This document shows, piece by piece, positions 1 to 9,376 of a DNA stretch of 27,726 bases. The stretch comes from a virus. Its lineage: Duplodnaviria; Caudoviricetes. A program made the position numbers and the translations under genes. Positions within the stretch are counted from its first letter, which is position 1; every line of letters begins with the position of its first letter. A model generated the notes under the pieces. That model made no database searches and was not told the DNA's origin. It worked only from the letters and a program-made list of their open reading frames with translations. Where the stretch lies: positions 1 to 27,726 of the IMG/VR virus record IMGVR_UViG_3300025167_000484, one strand, 5' to 3'.

Positions 1-664
1 GACCCGAATCTGGTGTTATCATAGCATCAACATTTTTAATAATTGCTACAACTTCTCTAATATCATAACTCCCACACAAGTTTATGACCCCATCATCTTT
101 AAAACCGAAAGGATGGTTATCCATAACAACCACTGTGCAATTATTATATCTTAGCATTCTAATAAGCCTAATAATTTCGTCTGGCACAGGATTCCTAACC
201 CAAGAAGAGGCTTTTAACTGTACCCCCACAATTGGTCTTGAATATTTTGATAAAAAACTTGTTGCCCACTTTTGTTCCTCTGGCAAAACTTCATATACAA
301 ATGATTTGTCTCGTATCAGGAAACCTGCCCAAATTTCTAAGGAATCCAGTGCGTCCATTTCTCTACTATATGAACTAACAACGTGTGGGCAAACCCTATC
401 TGAGATGTAGTAATCTACTCCATTTGTATATGGGGGATTCCCAACACGATCCACGAGTTTATCTATGTAAGAATTTGTTTTATAAAGAGGTTTCCAATAG
501 TTTCCAATCGAAGAAACCCATAATTTTAAATCAGGATTTCTTCTCTTTAACTCTCTGTGCAGACAAGTCCTCCAAAGTGCATCCCCGATCCCCATATAGT
601 GATCCAATAAAAGGACTTTGCCAGATTGATCAATAGAACCATCAAATTGTTTTAAAAGATTCAC
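1..664 (-). CDS. Glycosyltransferase family 9 (heptosyltransferase-like) protein, truncated by the window edge; absent from the ORF track
   Basis: Manual translation from GTG at 664 (AAGGA upstream) is open to base 1: MNLLKQFD...YMGIGDALWRT...PIVGVQLKASSWVR...INLCGSYDIREVVAIIKNVDAMITPDSG. The IGD and 'NLCG...DSG' motifs are typical of GT9 (WaaC/WaaF-like). Confidence 0.88.
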   Translation of the reverse strand, partial: MNLLKQFDGSIDQSGKVLLLDHYMGIGDALWRTCLHRELKRRNPDLKLWVSSIGNYWKPLYKTNSYIDKLVDRVGNPPYTNGVDYYISDRVCPHVVSSYSREMDALDSLEIWAGFLIRDKSFVYEVLPEEQKWATSFLSKYSRPIVGVQLKASSWVRNPVPDEIIRLIRMLRYNNCTVVVMDNHPFGFKDDGVINLCGSYDIREVVAIIKNVDAMITPDSG

Positions 665-682
665 TATATAATTTCCTTATAA

Positions 683-1963
683 TTATTCCATGCTGATTGG
701 GTCTTCATAAAGATTTTTTAATTCCTCTTCTGTATTAAGATCCCCTTCTAAAAAATTCTTAATTGCTTCAAAAGTTAAAACACAGCTATTCCCCTGAACC
801 CCATTGAAAAAGTCTTTTACTATATTTGCTCTACCTTCCATATTTTTATTAGGATTCTTTAGATTTTCCTCTATATAGTTAAACAACTCCCCATACTTCT
901 TGCTTCGGTTCACACACTTATAACTATCAAGCACATTCCAGTACCAATTCATTACATTTTTACGAACCTCATAAGGATGTGACCAATACATATTTTCTAA
1001 TACAACAGGCTTGTTAAATATTAAAGCCTCAAGTGCTGAAGTAGAAGGAATACTACAACAAATATCAGAATTAAATAGTAAATTACCTAAAGCCCATGTA
1101 TCGAAATTATCTAAATGATATGAATGCCCCTCATATTCTTTAACACCGTAAGCAGTGCCTTTGTTAAGGCTTGGATCTGCTATAATTTTAACATCTACTG
1201 TTGGATATTTCTTAATAATTAAATTATATATCCAACTATCCCCAGTTCTAATAGGGTGTGCTTTTATGATTACTTGAGCACCGAATTCTTTAGCCGTCTC
1301 CATAAAATTGTCAAACGTATCAAATACCCATTGGGATATTTCCCCATTTGGAAGATATGTAAATATGGGTTTCTTTATATCAAAACCTATTTCTAAACAA
1401 AATTTTTCCCTATTATAATATTCAGATTTTCTATAAATATCAAAATGACAAGGACCTGTTACAACAACATTAGGTAATGCTTCTTCCACACTTAGTCCAT
1501 GTAAAGACCCAATTGGATGCCAAATCATTACATCCCTTTTTCTTGAATACATTCTTTTAAAAAAATCTCCCCAACACAAGTATAAATCAGGGGTGATTGG
1601 CATTGGATGGAAAATTGAATCTATGAAGTCTTGTATAATTATTATTGGTATTCCTAACGCTCTGCCCATTTTCTGAAAATTAACATCAAAAGTGTGTGCT
1701 GGAACATCTGAATTACCACAAGCCACTATTGCTGAAATATTGCCTCTTTCCATAATATCTTTAATATTTTTAGCATCCCCTTTTTGCATTAAATCTGAAA
1801 AAAAAGTTATATCTTTAAATTCTTCTCTCCACTGTGGGGACAACTCAGCAGGGGAAGCAACAATAATATCATATTCTTGTTTCAATAATTCAAATAATTC
1901 CGTCCTAAGAAGTATCCTAGAAGTCCTCTCCATCGCTGTTGTGATTAAAATTTTCTTTTTCAT
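683..1963 (-). CDS. GT-B fold transferase (CDP-glycerol glycerophosphotransferase / capsule biosynthesis / sialyltransferase-like); candidate nonulosonate transferase
   Basis: Motifs PDLYLCWG, VVVTGPCHFD, VIIKAHP, STSALEALIFNKPVV; lies just downstream of the NeuB homologue. Confidence 0.7.
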   Translation of the reverse strand: MKKKILITTAMERTSRILLRTELFELLKQEYDIIVASPAELSPQWREEFKDITFFSDLMQKGDAKNIKDIMERGNISAIVACGNSDVPAHTFDVNFQKMGRALGIPIIIIQDFIDSIFHPMPITPDLYLCWGDFFKRMYSRKRDVMIWHPIGSLHGLSVEEALPNVVVTGPCHFDIYRKSEYYNREKFCLEIGFDIKKPIFTYLPNGEISQWVFDTFDNFMETAKEFGAQVIIKAHPIRTGDSWIYNLIIKKYPTVDVKIIADPSLNKGTAYGVKEYEGHSYHLDNFDTWALGNLLFNSDICCSIPSTSALEALIFNKPVVLENMYWSHPYEVRKNVMNWYWNVLDSYKCVNRSKKYGELFNYIEENLKNPNKNMEGRANIVKDFFNGVQGNSCVLTFEAIKNFLEGDLNTEEELKNLYEDPISME

Positions 1964-2121
1964 TTATCCCCTTTTTTATGCCCCAAAGTTTGTTTAACAG
2001 ATAGCCACAAGTCTTGCAGTATTTCAGCCACTTGTTTATTACTATTCCATTTCATAATAGATTCTTCCATATCTTTATATTTTTCATAGACTTCTTTTAT
2101 TTTTGATAGATCAGTTTTCAT
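1960..2121 (-). CDS. Small hypothetical protein (53 aa), absent from the ORF track
   Basis: MKTDLSKIKEVYEKYKDMEESIMKWNSNKQVAEILQDLWLSVKQTLGHKKGDK. Its start overlaps the neuB stop (TAATG) and its stop overlaps the next start (ATGA), filling the gap exactly. Confidence 0.7.
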   Translation of the reverse strand: MKTDLSKIKEVYEKYKDMEESIMKWNSNKQVAEILQDLWLSVKQTLGHKKGDK

Positions 2122-2963
2122 TAAATATTCCTCAATTTTTTTATAATTGGTATTTCTGATTCTTGTATTTCTTTACAAGGTTCACCCATACCTTCTTCTA
2201 TAGCTTTTATATATTTTACAAGATGCCTAATTCCTTCTGGCTCAAGTGAAGAACTTTGATCTGAACCATACATTTTTCTATCAAGTGTAATATGTACTTC
2301 AATCATTTTTGCTCCATGAGAAACAGCTAATGAAGGGAATAAAATTCCTCCGGTATGGTCACTCCAACCGATATCACAATAAGGTGTTTTAAAATAATAG
2401 GATAAGAATTTTATCTGATTAAGATTAATATCCTTTAATGGACAAGGATAACTACTAGTACAACCAAGCAAAAATCTTAATTTATCTGTAATTGTAGAAA
2501 CTGCTTTACCCACCATTTTCAAATCGCACATTCCGGTGGACATTATTAAATCAAATCCTGTTTCTACACATTTTTTTAAAAAAACTTCATCTGTAACCTT
2601 TGCTGATGGAATCTTTAAATAAGACATGTTTGGAAAATTAGATTTAAGAAAAGCTATTGATTGTAAATCCCAAGGACTTGCAAACCAAGATACATTTCCT
2701 TTTTCTTTACAATATTCATCAATTTCTTGATACTGTTCTAAAGATAGTTCGAGAGCTTCCTTCTGTGCTCTCTGGGTTTTTCCAAAAAGGCTTTCTCTAG
2801 GGCTATCTAAAAATTCTTTTGTGTAACATAAAGTTATATCTCGTTTTTGGAACTTCACGTAGGGGATATTAAGATCAGAACAAGTATCTATAAGTTGTTT
2901 AATAATACGCATGTCCCCGTTATGATTTATTCCAATCTCCCCAACCAATATCACAGAATTCAT
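2121..2963 (-). CDS. neuB: N-acetylneuraminate/nonulosonate synthase family protein, short form lacking the C-terminal antifreeze-like domain
   Basis: EIGINHNGD, VKFQKR, KIPSA, STGMC, CTSSYP, GWSDHT, IEVHITLDRKMYGSDQSSSLEP. Symbol is family-level; the product sugar is unknown. Confidence 0.95.
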   Translation of the reverse strand: MNSVILVGEIGINHNGDMRIIKQLIDTCSDLNIPYVKFQKRDITLCYTKEFLDSPRESLFGKTQRAQKEALELSLEQYQEIDEYCKEKGNVSWFASPWDLQSIAFLKSNFPNMSYLKIPSAKVTDEVFLKKCVETGFDLIMSTGMCDLKMVGKAVSTITDKLRFLLGCTSSYPCPLKDINLNQIKFLSYYFKTPYCDIGWSDHTGGILFPSLAVSHGAKMIEVHITLDRKMYGSDQSSSLEPEGIRHLVKYIKAIEEGMGEPCKEIQESEIPIIKKLRNI

Positions 2964-3145
2964 TTTATAAATTCCCCCTTATTCAAATCCCATTTCTTTC
3001 TCTTCCATTCCTTTTTTAAATCTCTATAAATCCTAATTAACCCCTTCCAAATAATAGAACCATCTGTACAAAGATATTTTGTTGATTCCGTTTCACCTGA
3101 TTTTTTAGCAAGATTTCTCAAACGTTTTGCTGTTTTTCCTCTCAT
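2960..3145 (-). CDS. Small basic hypothetical phage protein (61 aa)
   Basis: AGGAGG RBS upstream; ATGA overlap with neuB; no recognisable domain. Confidence 0.7.
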   Translation of the reverse strand: MRGKTAKRLRNLAKKSGETESTKYLCTDGSIIWKGLIRIYRDLKKEWKRKKWDLNKGEFIK

Positions 3146-3175
3146 ATATCCTCCTTATTTTTATCATGTTATCTT

Positions 3176-3730
3176 TTATATCCATGATTTATTTCTAATA
3201 ATAAGTGAAATACTTGATGCATCCATATTAAATTCAATACCCAATTCCTTTTGTGTATAATTTCCTGTTTTGTGTAACTTTCTAATTTCATTAGCTTTTT
3301 CTAAAGTTAAAATGACTTGCCTTGTATTTCTTGTGTTCTCTTTTGCAGTTACCCAATTACAGTTAAATGGTCCATAATTACCATCATTATTTATTCTATT
3401 TATTTGTAAATTATCCTTATACCCATTATTTACTGCCCAATCCCTGAAATTAATAAATCCATTTAACTTGTTTGTCCATTCTGGGCATACTGTTATCCCT
3501 CTTCCACCATAGTCTTTGAACTGTTTAAAATTTGAATTGTAAACTCTTCTTTTTATCTCTCTCCAAATATTATACAATCTTGTTCCTTTACCACCATGTC
3601 TATAATTAGGATTATTATCTTTACTATGATGTCCTTGTATATAATTAGGAATACCACACCAATTATGATGTCTCTTTATTTCTATTTGACCACCACAACC
3701 ACATTTACATGTATGAGAATAATAATTCAT
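3176..3730 (-). CDS. HNH-type homing endonuclease-like protein with N-terminal CxCGCG motif and C-terminal HTH
   Basis: CKCGCG, RLYNIW, DYGGRGITVCPEW, INRINNDGNYGPFNCNWVTAKEN; HTH-like TQKELGIEFNMDASSISLII. Confidence 0.85.
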   Translation of the reverse strand: MNYYSHTCKCGCGGQIEIKRHHNWCGIPNYIQGHHSKDNNPNYRHGGKGTRLYNIWREIKRRVYNSNFKQFKDYGGRGITVCPEWTNKLNGFINFRDWAVNNGYKDNLQINRINNDGNYGPFNCNWVTAKENTRNTRQVILTLEKANEIRKLHKTGNYTQKELGIEFNMDASSISLIIRNKSWI

Positions 3731-3735
3731 ATACT

Positions 3736-4710
3736 TTAATTATTTTGATGAAAATTTGATTTTATGTCATAAACGTACACAAGACTTTGTATTCCATCCT
3801 CTAAAGTTGCTAAATTTAACTGCTTTTTTCCATTTATCAAACCAATAAATGCTTCCATCTCACGATAAAACAAATCATTCCAATCATCAGAATTATTAGG
3901 CAATAAATCAAAAGTTTCTATTTTTTCTATACCATAAACAGTAATTTTTCTTGTAGGAACTTTTAATAAAAAATCTAAATTTATTATTATAGGAATACAT
4001 TTATTATCTAATTCTAAAGAACTTAAAATAGTAATATTATCCTCAACCCCATACCCTAATCTATTGCTATAAATAGCTGATATAGGATACTGTTGCCCAA
4101 AAATCCATGTTAAATAATCTATCTCATGGCTTTGGCTATTGAGAACCCCACCCCCCGCTTCATTTTTCAAAGCATAAAAGTCTTTTAAATCTCTACCATT
4201 TGTCCAATTATAAATACTATTACAATGATATGCTTCAATTCTATAAATATCCCCAAATTCATTATTATCCACCATATTTTTTAATTTTTGAAGATTTGGA
4301 TGAAATCGCATCTGAAATCCCATAGCACATTTCAAATTATTTTCTTCAACTTTATCTTGTAATCTATAAATTTGGGCTAAATTGTTAGATAAAGGTTTTT
4401 CTATAAAAAGATTAAATCCCCTCTTTGCTATTTCTATTGCTATATCTATCCTTTCAGGAGGCAATGAACAAACAAAAGCAGCATCATATTTATTTAATAA
4501 TGCTTCATCTAAATCATGATAAATTTCATTTATAGCATAAAAATCTAATAAATTATTGCTAAGTGTAATGTTCAAATTATTATCAAAAATTCTATATTGT
4601 TCTCTTTTAGAACAATAAATATCAATTACACAATCAGGCAATAAAGTTTTAAGATTCCTGAAATGCCTTTGTGCTATATTCCCCGCCCCACAAATTAAAA
4701 AGTTTTTCAT
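3736..4710 (-). CDS. Gfo/Idh/MocA family NAD(P)-dependent oxidoreductase
   Basis: GAGNIAQRH, IEKPLS, GFQMRFHP, GGGVLNSQSHEIDY. Confidence 0.92.
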   Translation of the reverse strand: MKNFLICGAGNIAQRHFRNLKTLLPDCVIDIYCSKREQYRIFDNNLNITLSNNLLDFYAINEIYHDLDEALLNKYDAAFVCSLPPERIDIAIEIAKRGFNLFIEKPLSNNLAQIYRLQDKVEENNLKCAMGFQMRFHPNLQKLKNMVDNNEFGDIYRIEAYHCNSIYNWTNGRDLKDFYALKNEAGGGVLNSQSHEIDYLTWIFGQQYPISAIYSNRLGYGVEDNITILSSLELDNKCIPIIINLDFLLKVPTRKITVYGIEKIETFDLLPNNSDDWNDLFYREMEAFIGLINGKKQLNLATLEDGIQSLVYVYDIKSNFHQNN

Positions 4711-4711
4711 A

Positions 4712-5356
4712 TTATTTCACCCTCTTCAAAAATCCATACGGAGCAAAACTTAAATAAAATTTTTCACAATATCTATCAATTATAAAATTCTTGGAATTAC
4801 CAATAAATTCAAAAACAGCTTCTAATGGTTCTGCTGTATTTGTATCTTCCACAATAATGTAAGACCCTACAGAAACAAATTTACTATATATTTCAAGTTC
4901 TTTTAAAACATGACTTTTAGAATGGTCACTATCAAGAATAACCATAACTTTTTTATCTTTCACCTTTGGATTAATAAAATTTATTGTAGCTTCATCAACA
5001 GAATTAGCCCAGAGATAAGAAATCCTTCCATGTTCAGGCAAGTTCCCCTTACCATTAGTATCTACTGTTATAATTTTCCCATTACCTATCATATCACATA
5101 TTGATGCAAAAAACAATGCAGAACCCCCAACTTTAGTCCCAGTTTCTATAATATAATCAGGTCTTATATTACAAATTAATTCTTGATATATCCAACAATC
5201 TAATGGACATTTCTGAATAGGAACTCCCAACCAATTAGTGTTTTTCCAAGTTCCACCAATACAAGAGGATTCATAGTACAAGTCATGAAAATCTTGAATT
5301 ATTTTATTAACTTTTTCAGTATCATTGTATTTTTTATAAAAAGTTTCTCTCTCCAT
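4712..5356 (-). CDS. CmcI (cephalosporin hydroxylase) family / sugar O-methyltransferase
   Basis: WLGVPIQKCPLD, IIETGTKVGGSA, VMVILDSDHSKSHVLKEL, GSYIIVEDT. Confidence 0.9.
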   Translation of the reverse strand: MERETFYKKYNDTEKVNKIIQDFHDLYYESSCIGGTWKNTNWLGVPIQKCPLDCWIYQELICNIRPDYIIETGTKVGGSALFFASICDMIGNGKIITVDTNGKGNLPEHGRISYLWANSVDEATINFINPKVKDKKVMVILDSDHSKSHVLKELEIYSKFVSVGSYIIVEDTNTAEPLEAVFEFIGNSKNFIIDRYCEKFYLSFAPYGFLKRVK

Positions 5357-5358
5357 TT

Positions 5359-5814
5359 TTACTTAATCCCCCAAACTCTTATGCAATCATCTTTAATTTT
5401 TGATTCCCATATAATAATATTTGAAAAATGATTAAAACATAATTTTACAGCATCTAAACTAAATCTCCAATAATCTTTTGGGTGTTCATGATATTTGAAC
5501 TTATACTCAGGAACACTTAATATTAATTTTCCACCCACTTTTAACACCCTTTTCATCTCATCTAAACTTGTCCAAAAACAAGTATCATGCTCCAATGTTC
5601 CTATAGAAATAACATTATCAAAACTATTTGATTTAAATGGTAAATTGTGACTTGATGCTTGAATATTTACATTTTTGCCTTTTCTTATATCTATTCCGAT
5701 ATAAAAACCTTCACATAAACTTTTTATAGAACCATTTATATCCAAACTACCAACATCTAAAGTTCTGCCCTGCAAATTTAAAGACTTTATAAAATTTTTA
5801 TCTTCTGCCATCAT
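5359..5814 (-). CDS. Class I SAM-dependent methyltransferase (short form)
   Basis: LDVGS, LPFKSNSFD, TLEH, RVLKVGG, HEHPKDYWRF. Confidence 0.9.
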   Translation of the reverse strand: MMAEDKNFIKSLNLQGRTLDVGSLDINGSIKSLCEGFYIGIDIRKGKNVNIQASSHNLPFKSNSFDNVISIGTLEHDTCFWTSLDEMKRVLKVGGKLILSVPEYKFKYHEHPKDYWRFSLDAVKLCFNHFSNIIIWESKIKDDCIRVWGIK

Positions 5815-6645
5815 TTATAATAAATCCCTAACAAATTCAATTTGTTCTTTGATAGTTTCTACTTCTTCCCCTTCCACGCCACGAGCGACTTGTAATGTAA
5901 AATTTCCCAAGTAATCCACCCTTCTTAAAAATGTAAATAAATCCTTCCATCCATTTCTTCCAATAACACCTTCGCCCAATGGAACTGTATTTCCTTTAGA
6001 ATCCTTTTCTTTTATATGAATATGATGTAACATATTATAATCATTATAATTTTCCATTTCTTTAATTACATCTCTATTATAATTATTTCCAATATCAAAA
6101 CAACACCCTATTCTACCCGATCTTGAATTTAATTTATCAGGGTAAGTTAGATCATTTATAAAATTTATTCCTGCAAAACTATTTACATCTAAAAATTCAA
6201 AAGCTATTCTTACATGGAAATTTTCTATGACTGAAGATAACAATGCTTGAATTGTTGGAAAATCCATATTTTTTACATATATGGGAATAACCAATAACCC
6301 ACAATCAACCCTATATGCGATATTAGCTATCCAAGTCAATAACTTTTTTGCAAAAATTAAATTTTCATCCTTATTCAAATCCATATCCATTAAATAATCT
6401 AAACAAACGGCATTAATTGGAACTTTAAAATATTTAATTAAACTCTGGATCGTGCCACAGGAATAAAAATCACCTAAAAATAAATTGGGGTTTGTTTTTG
6501 GTATTATCCATTCAATATAGTCTAATCCAATCTCACTAATTTTTTCAAATTCTTCGCTTATTTCCTGACCATAGGGATTAAATTGCACATGCTCTCTTCC
6601 CCTTGGTGGGATTAATCTTCCTTGCATTATTCCGATATTATTCAT
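5815..6645 (-). CDS. Sugar phosphate isomerase/epimerase, xylose-isomerase-like TIM barrel
   Basis: IGIMQGRL N-terminus, GLDYIEW, IAFE, CFDIGN, HIHIKE, VPLGEG. Confidence 0.85.
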   Translation of the reverse strand: MNNIGIMQGRLIPPRGREHVQFNPYGQEISEEFEKISEIGLDYIEWIIPKTNPNLFLGDFYSCGTIQSLIKYFKVPINAVCLDYLMDMDLNKDENLIFAKKLLTWIANIAYRVDCGLLVIPIYVKNMDFPTIQALLSSVIENFHVRIAFEFLDVNSFAGINFINDLTYPDKLNSRSGRIGCCFDIGNNYNRDVIKEMENYNDYNMLHHIHIKEKDSKGNTVPLGEGVIGRNGWKDLFTFLRRVDYLGNFTLQVARGVEGEEVETIKEQIEFVRDLL

Positions 6646-7403
6646 ATTATATCTCTACCTCCACAACAAATTAAATTACCCCCTTGCATATAATCTGAGT
6701 CTGAACTACACAAAAATTTAATTGAACCATTATACTCATCAACTTTGGCAAGCCTGCCGATCGGTATTTTATCTTCCAAATTCTTTTTTAAAGTATCTGA
6801 TTGCCCATTATACACACTTCCTGGGGATAAACAAACCGACTTGATCTGACTGCCATAATAACTGGCAATGTACTTAGTTAGATGTATAAGACCTGCTTTT
6901 GAGACACTATAATCTGGTGGTTTAATATATCCATTTTCATATATTCTTTGATCACTTGTTATTATACCAAGGTCTGATATTATATTCACAATAGTTCCCT
7001 TAAACCCTTCATTTGTATTTTTCAACATATATTTTATGCATTCTCTACTAAGCAAAAAAGCTCCTGTTAAATTAACAGATAATGTTTTATTCCATTTGTC
7101 TAAACTATAGATTTCAAAACTGTTATTCACACCTTCTTTTGGAGGAAAATTTATAGCAGCACAATTAATAAGTATATCAATTCTGTCATAATTATCATAT
7201 ATTTGATAAATTGTTGTTTTAACATCCTCTTCATCTGTAATATCTATTGGGTAAAAACGTGATTTTTTAATCAATCTATTGATTTTTTTACTTGGCAAAT
7301 CCAAAATAATTACTTCATTATTATCATCTTTGGATAATGTATATGCAAATTCACCCCCAAGTAAACCGTGACCACCAGCAACGAGTATTATTTTTTTATT
7401 CAT
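6642..7403 (-). CDS. SDR family oxidoreductase (PtmA-like, nonulosonate-cluster type)
   Basis: GGHGLLG, DILINCAA, VNLTG, DQRIYE, YSVSK catalytic YxxxK. Confidence 0.92.
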   Translation of the reverse strand: MNKKIILVAGGHGLLGGEFAYTLSKDDNNEVIILDLPSKKINRLIKKSRFYPIDITDEEDVKTTIYQIYDNYDRIDILINCAAINFPPKEGVNNSFEIYSLDKWNKTLSVNLTGAFLLSRECIKYMLKNTNEGFKGTIVNIISDLGIITSDQRIYENGYIKPPDYSVSKAGLIHLTKYIASYYGSQIKSVCLSPGSVYNGQSDTLKKNLEDKIPIGRLAKVDEYNGSIKFLCSSDSDYMQGGNLICCGGRDII

Positions 7404-8152
7404 TTATAAATTCCAGTATTTTTAAAAATTTGAGCAGAATTTTCTTTCATTAAAGCTTCTGCATTAACAAAATCAATTTCATCATTTATACTTATACCAT
7501 ATAATTTATCAATAATAACTGGTTTGCATGGATGAACAATTCTAACCCTATCCTTCAAAAATCTTTCTATTTTAATAGCCCAAGCTCCAACTTCTCTAAA
7601 TAAAGTATCATCATCATTTTGCCTCATTTTCCTATCGGTATATAATGCTTCCCATTCAAACTTTGGTCTCGGACATTTCCAAAATTGCCCAATATCTTCA
7701 TGAATGATAAAAGAAGAATCCACACAATCATCTATTGAATCAAGCATAAGATCTAATGAGTCTATTGGTATTAAGGGGGAAGTCACTTCAACAATACCCA
7801 AAATACCTGTATATATTCCATACTTGTAGAGTTCGTTTAGGCATACTTCCTCAGTTGTTGTGAAACTTGTTGCTAAATCATCTATTCTTTTTGATAAAAT
7901 TAAAGCCTCTTCATCAAATATTAATCCGAAGTGCAATTTTACCATTTCCAAGTACCAATCACTGTCAGAAGAAACTATTACTTTATTAATTTTTCCATTC
8001 TTATATAAGTGATATAATTTTTTGATGGTCCAATAATAAAGTGGTAGATCAAGGAAATTCTTAATATTTTTATTTTTTATTTCCTTTGAGCCTGATCTCA
8101 TGGGTACAATAACTGTAGTATTGTATGTAGGTTTTTCTAAATTATTTTCCAC
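7400..8152 (-). CDS. neuA: Acylneuraminate cytidylyltransferase (CMP-nonulosonate synthetase) family protein
   Basis: IVPMRSGSKEIKNKNIK, VSSDSD, TSPL, RKMRQ, INDEIDF; GTG start. Symbol is family-level. Confidence 0.9.
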   Translation of the reverse strand: MENNLEKPTYNTTVIVPMRSGSKEIKNKNIKNFLDLPLYYWTIKKLYHLYKNGKINKVIVSSDSDWYLEMVKLHFGLIFDEEALILSKRIDDLATSFTTTEEVCLNELYKYGIYTGILGIVEVTSPLIPIDSLDLMLDSIDDCVDSSFIIHEDIGQFWKCPRPKFEWEALYTDRKMRQNDDDTLFREVGAWAIKIERFLKDRVRIVHPCKPVIIDKLYGISINDEIDFVNAEALMKENSAQIFKNTGIYK

Positions 8153-8154
8153 TT

Positions 8155-8334
8155 TTAGTTCTCAAGTTCATTAAAAAGAGTCACAAAAAATCCCCAAACA
8201 AATAAAGCAATTACTGAAATTGTGTATAAAAAATAAAGATAATCATTTTCCATATTAACTCTATACTGCCCAACAAAAACAGATCCGAGCATTGCTCCAA
8301 TACCAAAAAGTCTTTTTTTGTTTTTTAGTTTCAT
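8155..8334 (-). CDS. Small membrane protein (59 aa), absent from the ORF track
   Basis: MKLKNKKRLFGIGAMLGSVFVGQYRVNMENDYLYFLYTISVIALFVWGFFVTLFNELEN. TAATG overlap with the upstream gene; ends 2 nt before neuA; two hydrophobic segments. Confidence 0.7.
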   Translation of the reverse strand: MKLKNKKRLFGIGAMLGSVFVGQYRVNMENDYLYFLYTISVIALFVWGFFVTLFNELEN

Positions 8335-8537
8335 TAATCATTTACCTTCTTTCTTCCCCCTCTTTTTACCACAACACCCTTTTCTTTCCTCCATTGACTG
8401 AGAATCGTTCTGAAAGTTGATTCTTTTAAAGAAACCGATGTAATCATATTATAAGAAAGACTACCCCCAGCTTCATCTAAAAACTTAAATACCTTTTCCT
8501 TTACTGTTGAACCTACTTCCAATTTCTTTCTCCCCAT
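8334..8537 (-). CDS. Small basic hypothetical protein, possibly DNA-binding
   Basis: AAGGAG RBS; Lys/Arg-rich ends with a helical core. DNA binding is inferred only. Confidence 0.65.
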   Translation of the reverse strand: MGRKKLEVGSTVKEKVFKFLDEAGGSLSYNMITSVSLKESTFRTILSQWRKEKGVVVKRGGRKKVND

Positions 8538-8557
8538 TTTAGTCTCCTTTTTATTAA

Positions 8558-9376
8558 TTATTTCTTCCTAAATTTATAGAGTATCTCCGCTCCATTTGCA
8601 GGTCCCGATATAAAAATCCTTTCGTTTGTTACAAATTTTAAGTATTCAAAAAAAGCAACTATTTTTGTATCCAAATCTGCTACTTTGCCCTCCATTGATA
8701 GTTTTAATCTTGTAACAAAATCTCTAACCATATCTAAATACATCCCCCTCTCTTGATCAAAGGTTAAAATTGTTTCACATTCAAAATCATAGCGATTAAT
8801 GTATTCAAATATTTTATCAGGCAAAATCATTTGTTTATCTGTTTTTGACATTTCTGCTCCAACAAACAATTCTAATGTTTTCCATATAACACCCCTAAGA
8901 TTTAGAAAATTTGGATGTTCCAAAACAAAATAACCACCGGATTTTAAAAGTTTATTTGCGATATAAAACAAAATTTCAGGATTATCAAGGTGTTCGATAA
9001 CGCCGATTGATGCAATGACATCAAAGTGTTCTTTATCAAGACAAAGATTTTCCTCAATTTCAAATTTTAGATCTTCAAATGATATATGTCTAAAATCAAT
9101 CTTTCGCAACGCTGTTACTTCGTTTTCTTTTGCTTTATTTATTCCTACCCCAGAAAAGTCATAGCCGTGAAGCTCAGAAGGTTCTTCCAAAGTTGCATAT
9201 CTTGTTAAGAAATTTCCTGTCCCGCACCCCAAATCCAAGATTTTTTTCCCATTTATATGATTTTTAATCATTTTATAAACTTCGGAATATATAAGGTCTA
9301 ATGGAGATGTGAAAAATTCTTCCTTGTCATTTTCATAAACTTTATTATAAATTTCTCTCAATTCTTCATCTGGCAT
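8558..9376 (-). CDS. Class I SAM-dependent methyltransferase
   Basis: ILDLGCGTG, GYDFS, FDVIASIGVIEHL, LLKSGG; GGAGG RBS upstream. Confidence 0.92.
   Translation of the reverse strand: MPDEELREIYNKVYENDKEEFFTSPLDLIYSEVYKMIKNHINGKKILDLGCGTGNFLTRYATLEEPSELHGYDFSGVGINKAKENEVTALRKIDFRHISFEDLKFEIEENLCLDKEHFDVIASIGVIEHLDNPEILFYIANKLLKSGGYFVLEHPNFLNLRGVIWKTLELFVGAEMSKTDKQMILPDKIFEYINRYDFECETILTFDQERGMYLDMVRDFVTRLKLSMEGKVADLDTKIVAFFEYLKFVTNERIFISGPANGAEILYKFRKK

Noticed and set aside
4712-9376. Methyltransferases as restriction-modification or DNA-modification enzymes
   Set aside because: They lack DNA methyltransferase catalytic motifs and resemble small-molecule/sugar methyltransferases. No nucleotide-modifying genes are visible, though DNA modification cannot be fully excluded.
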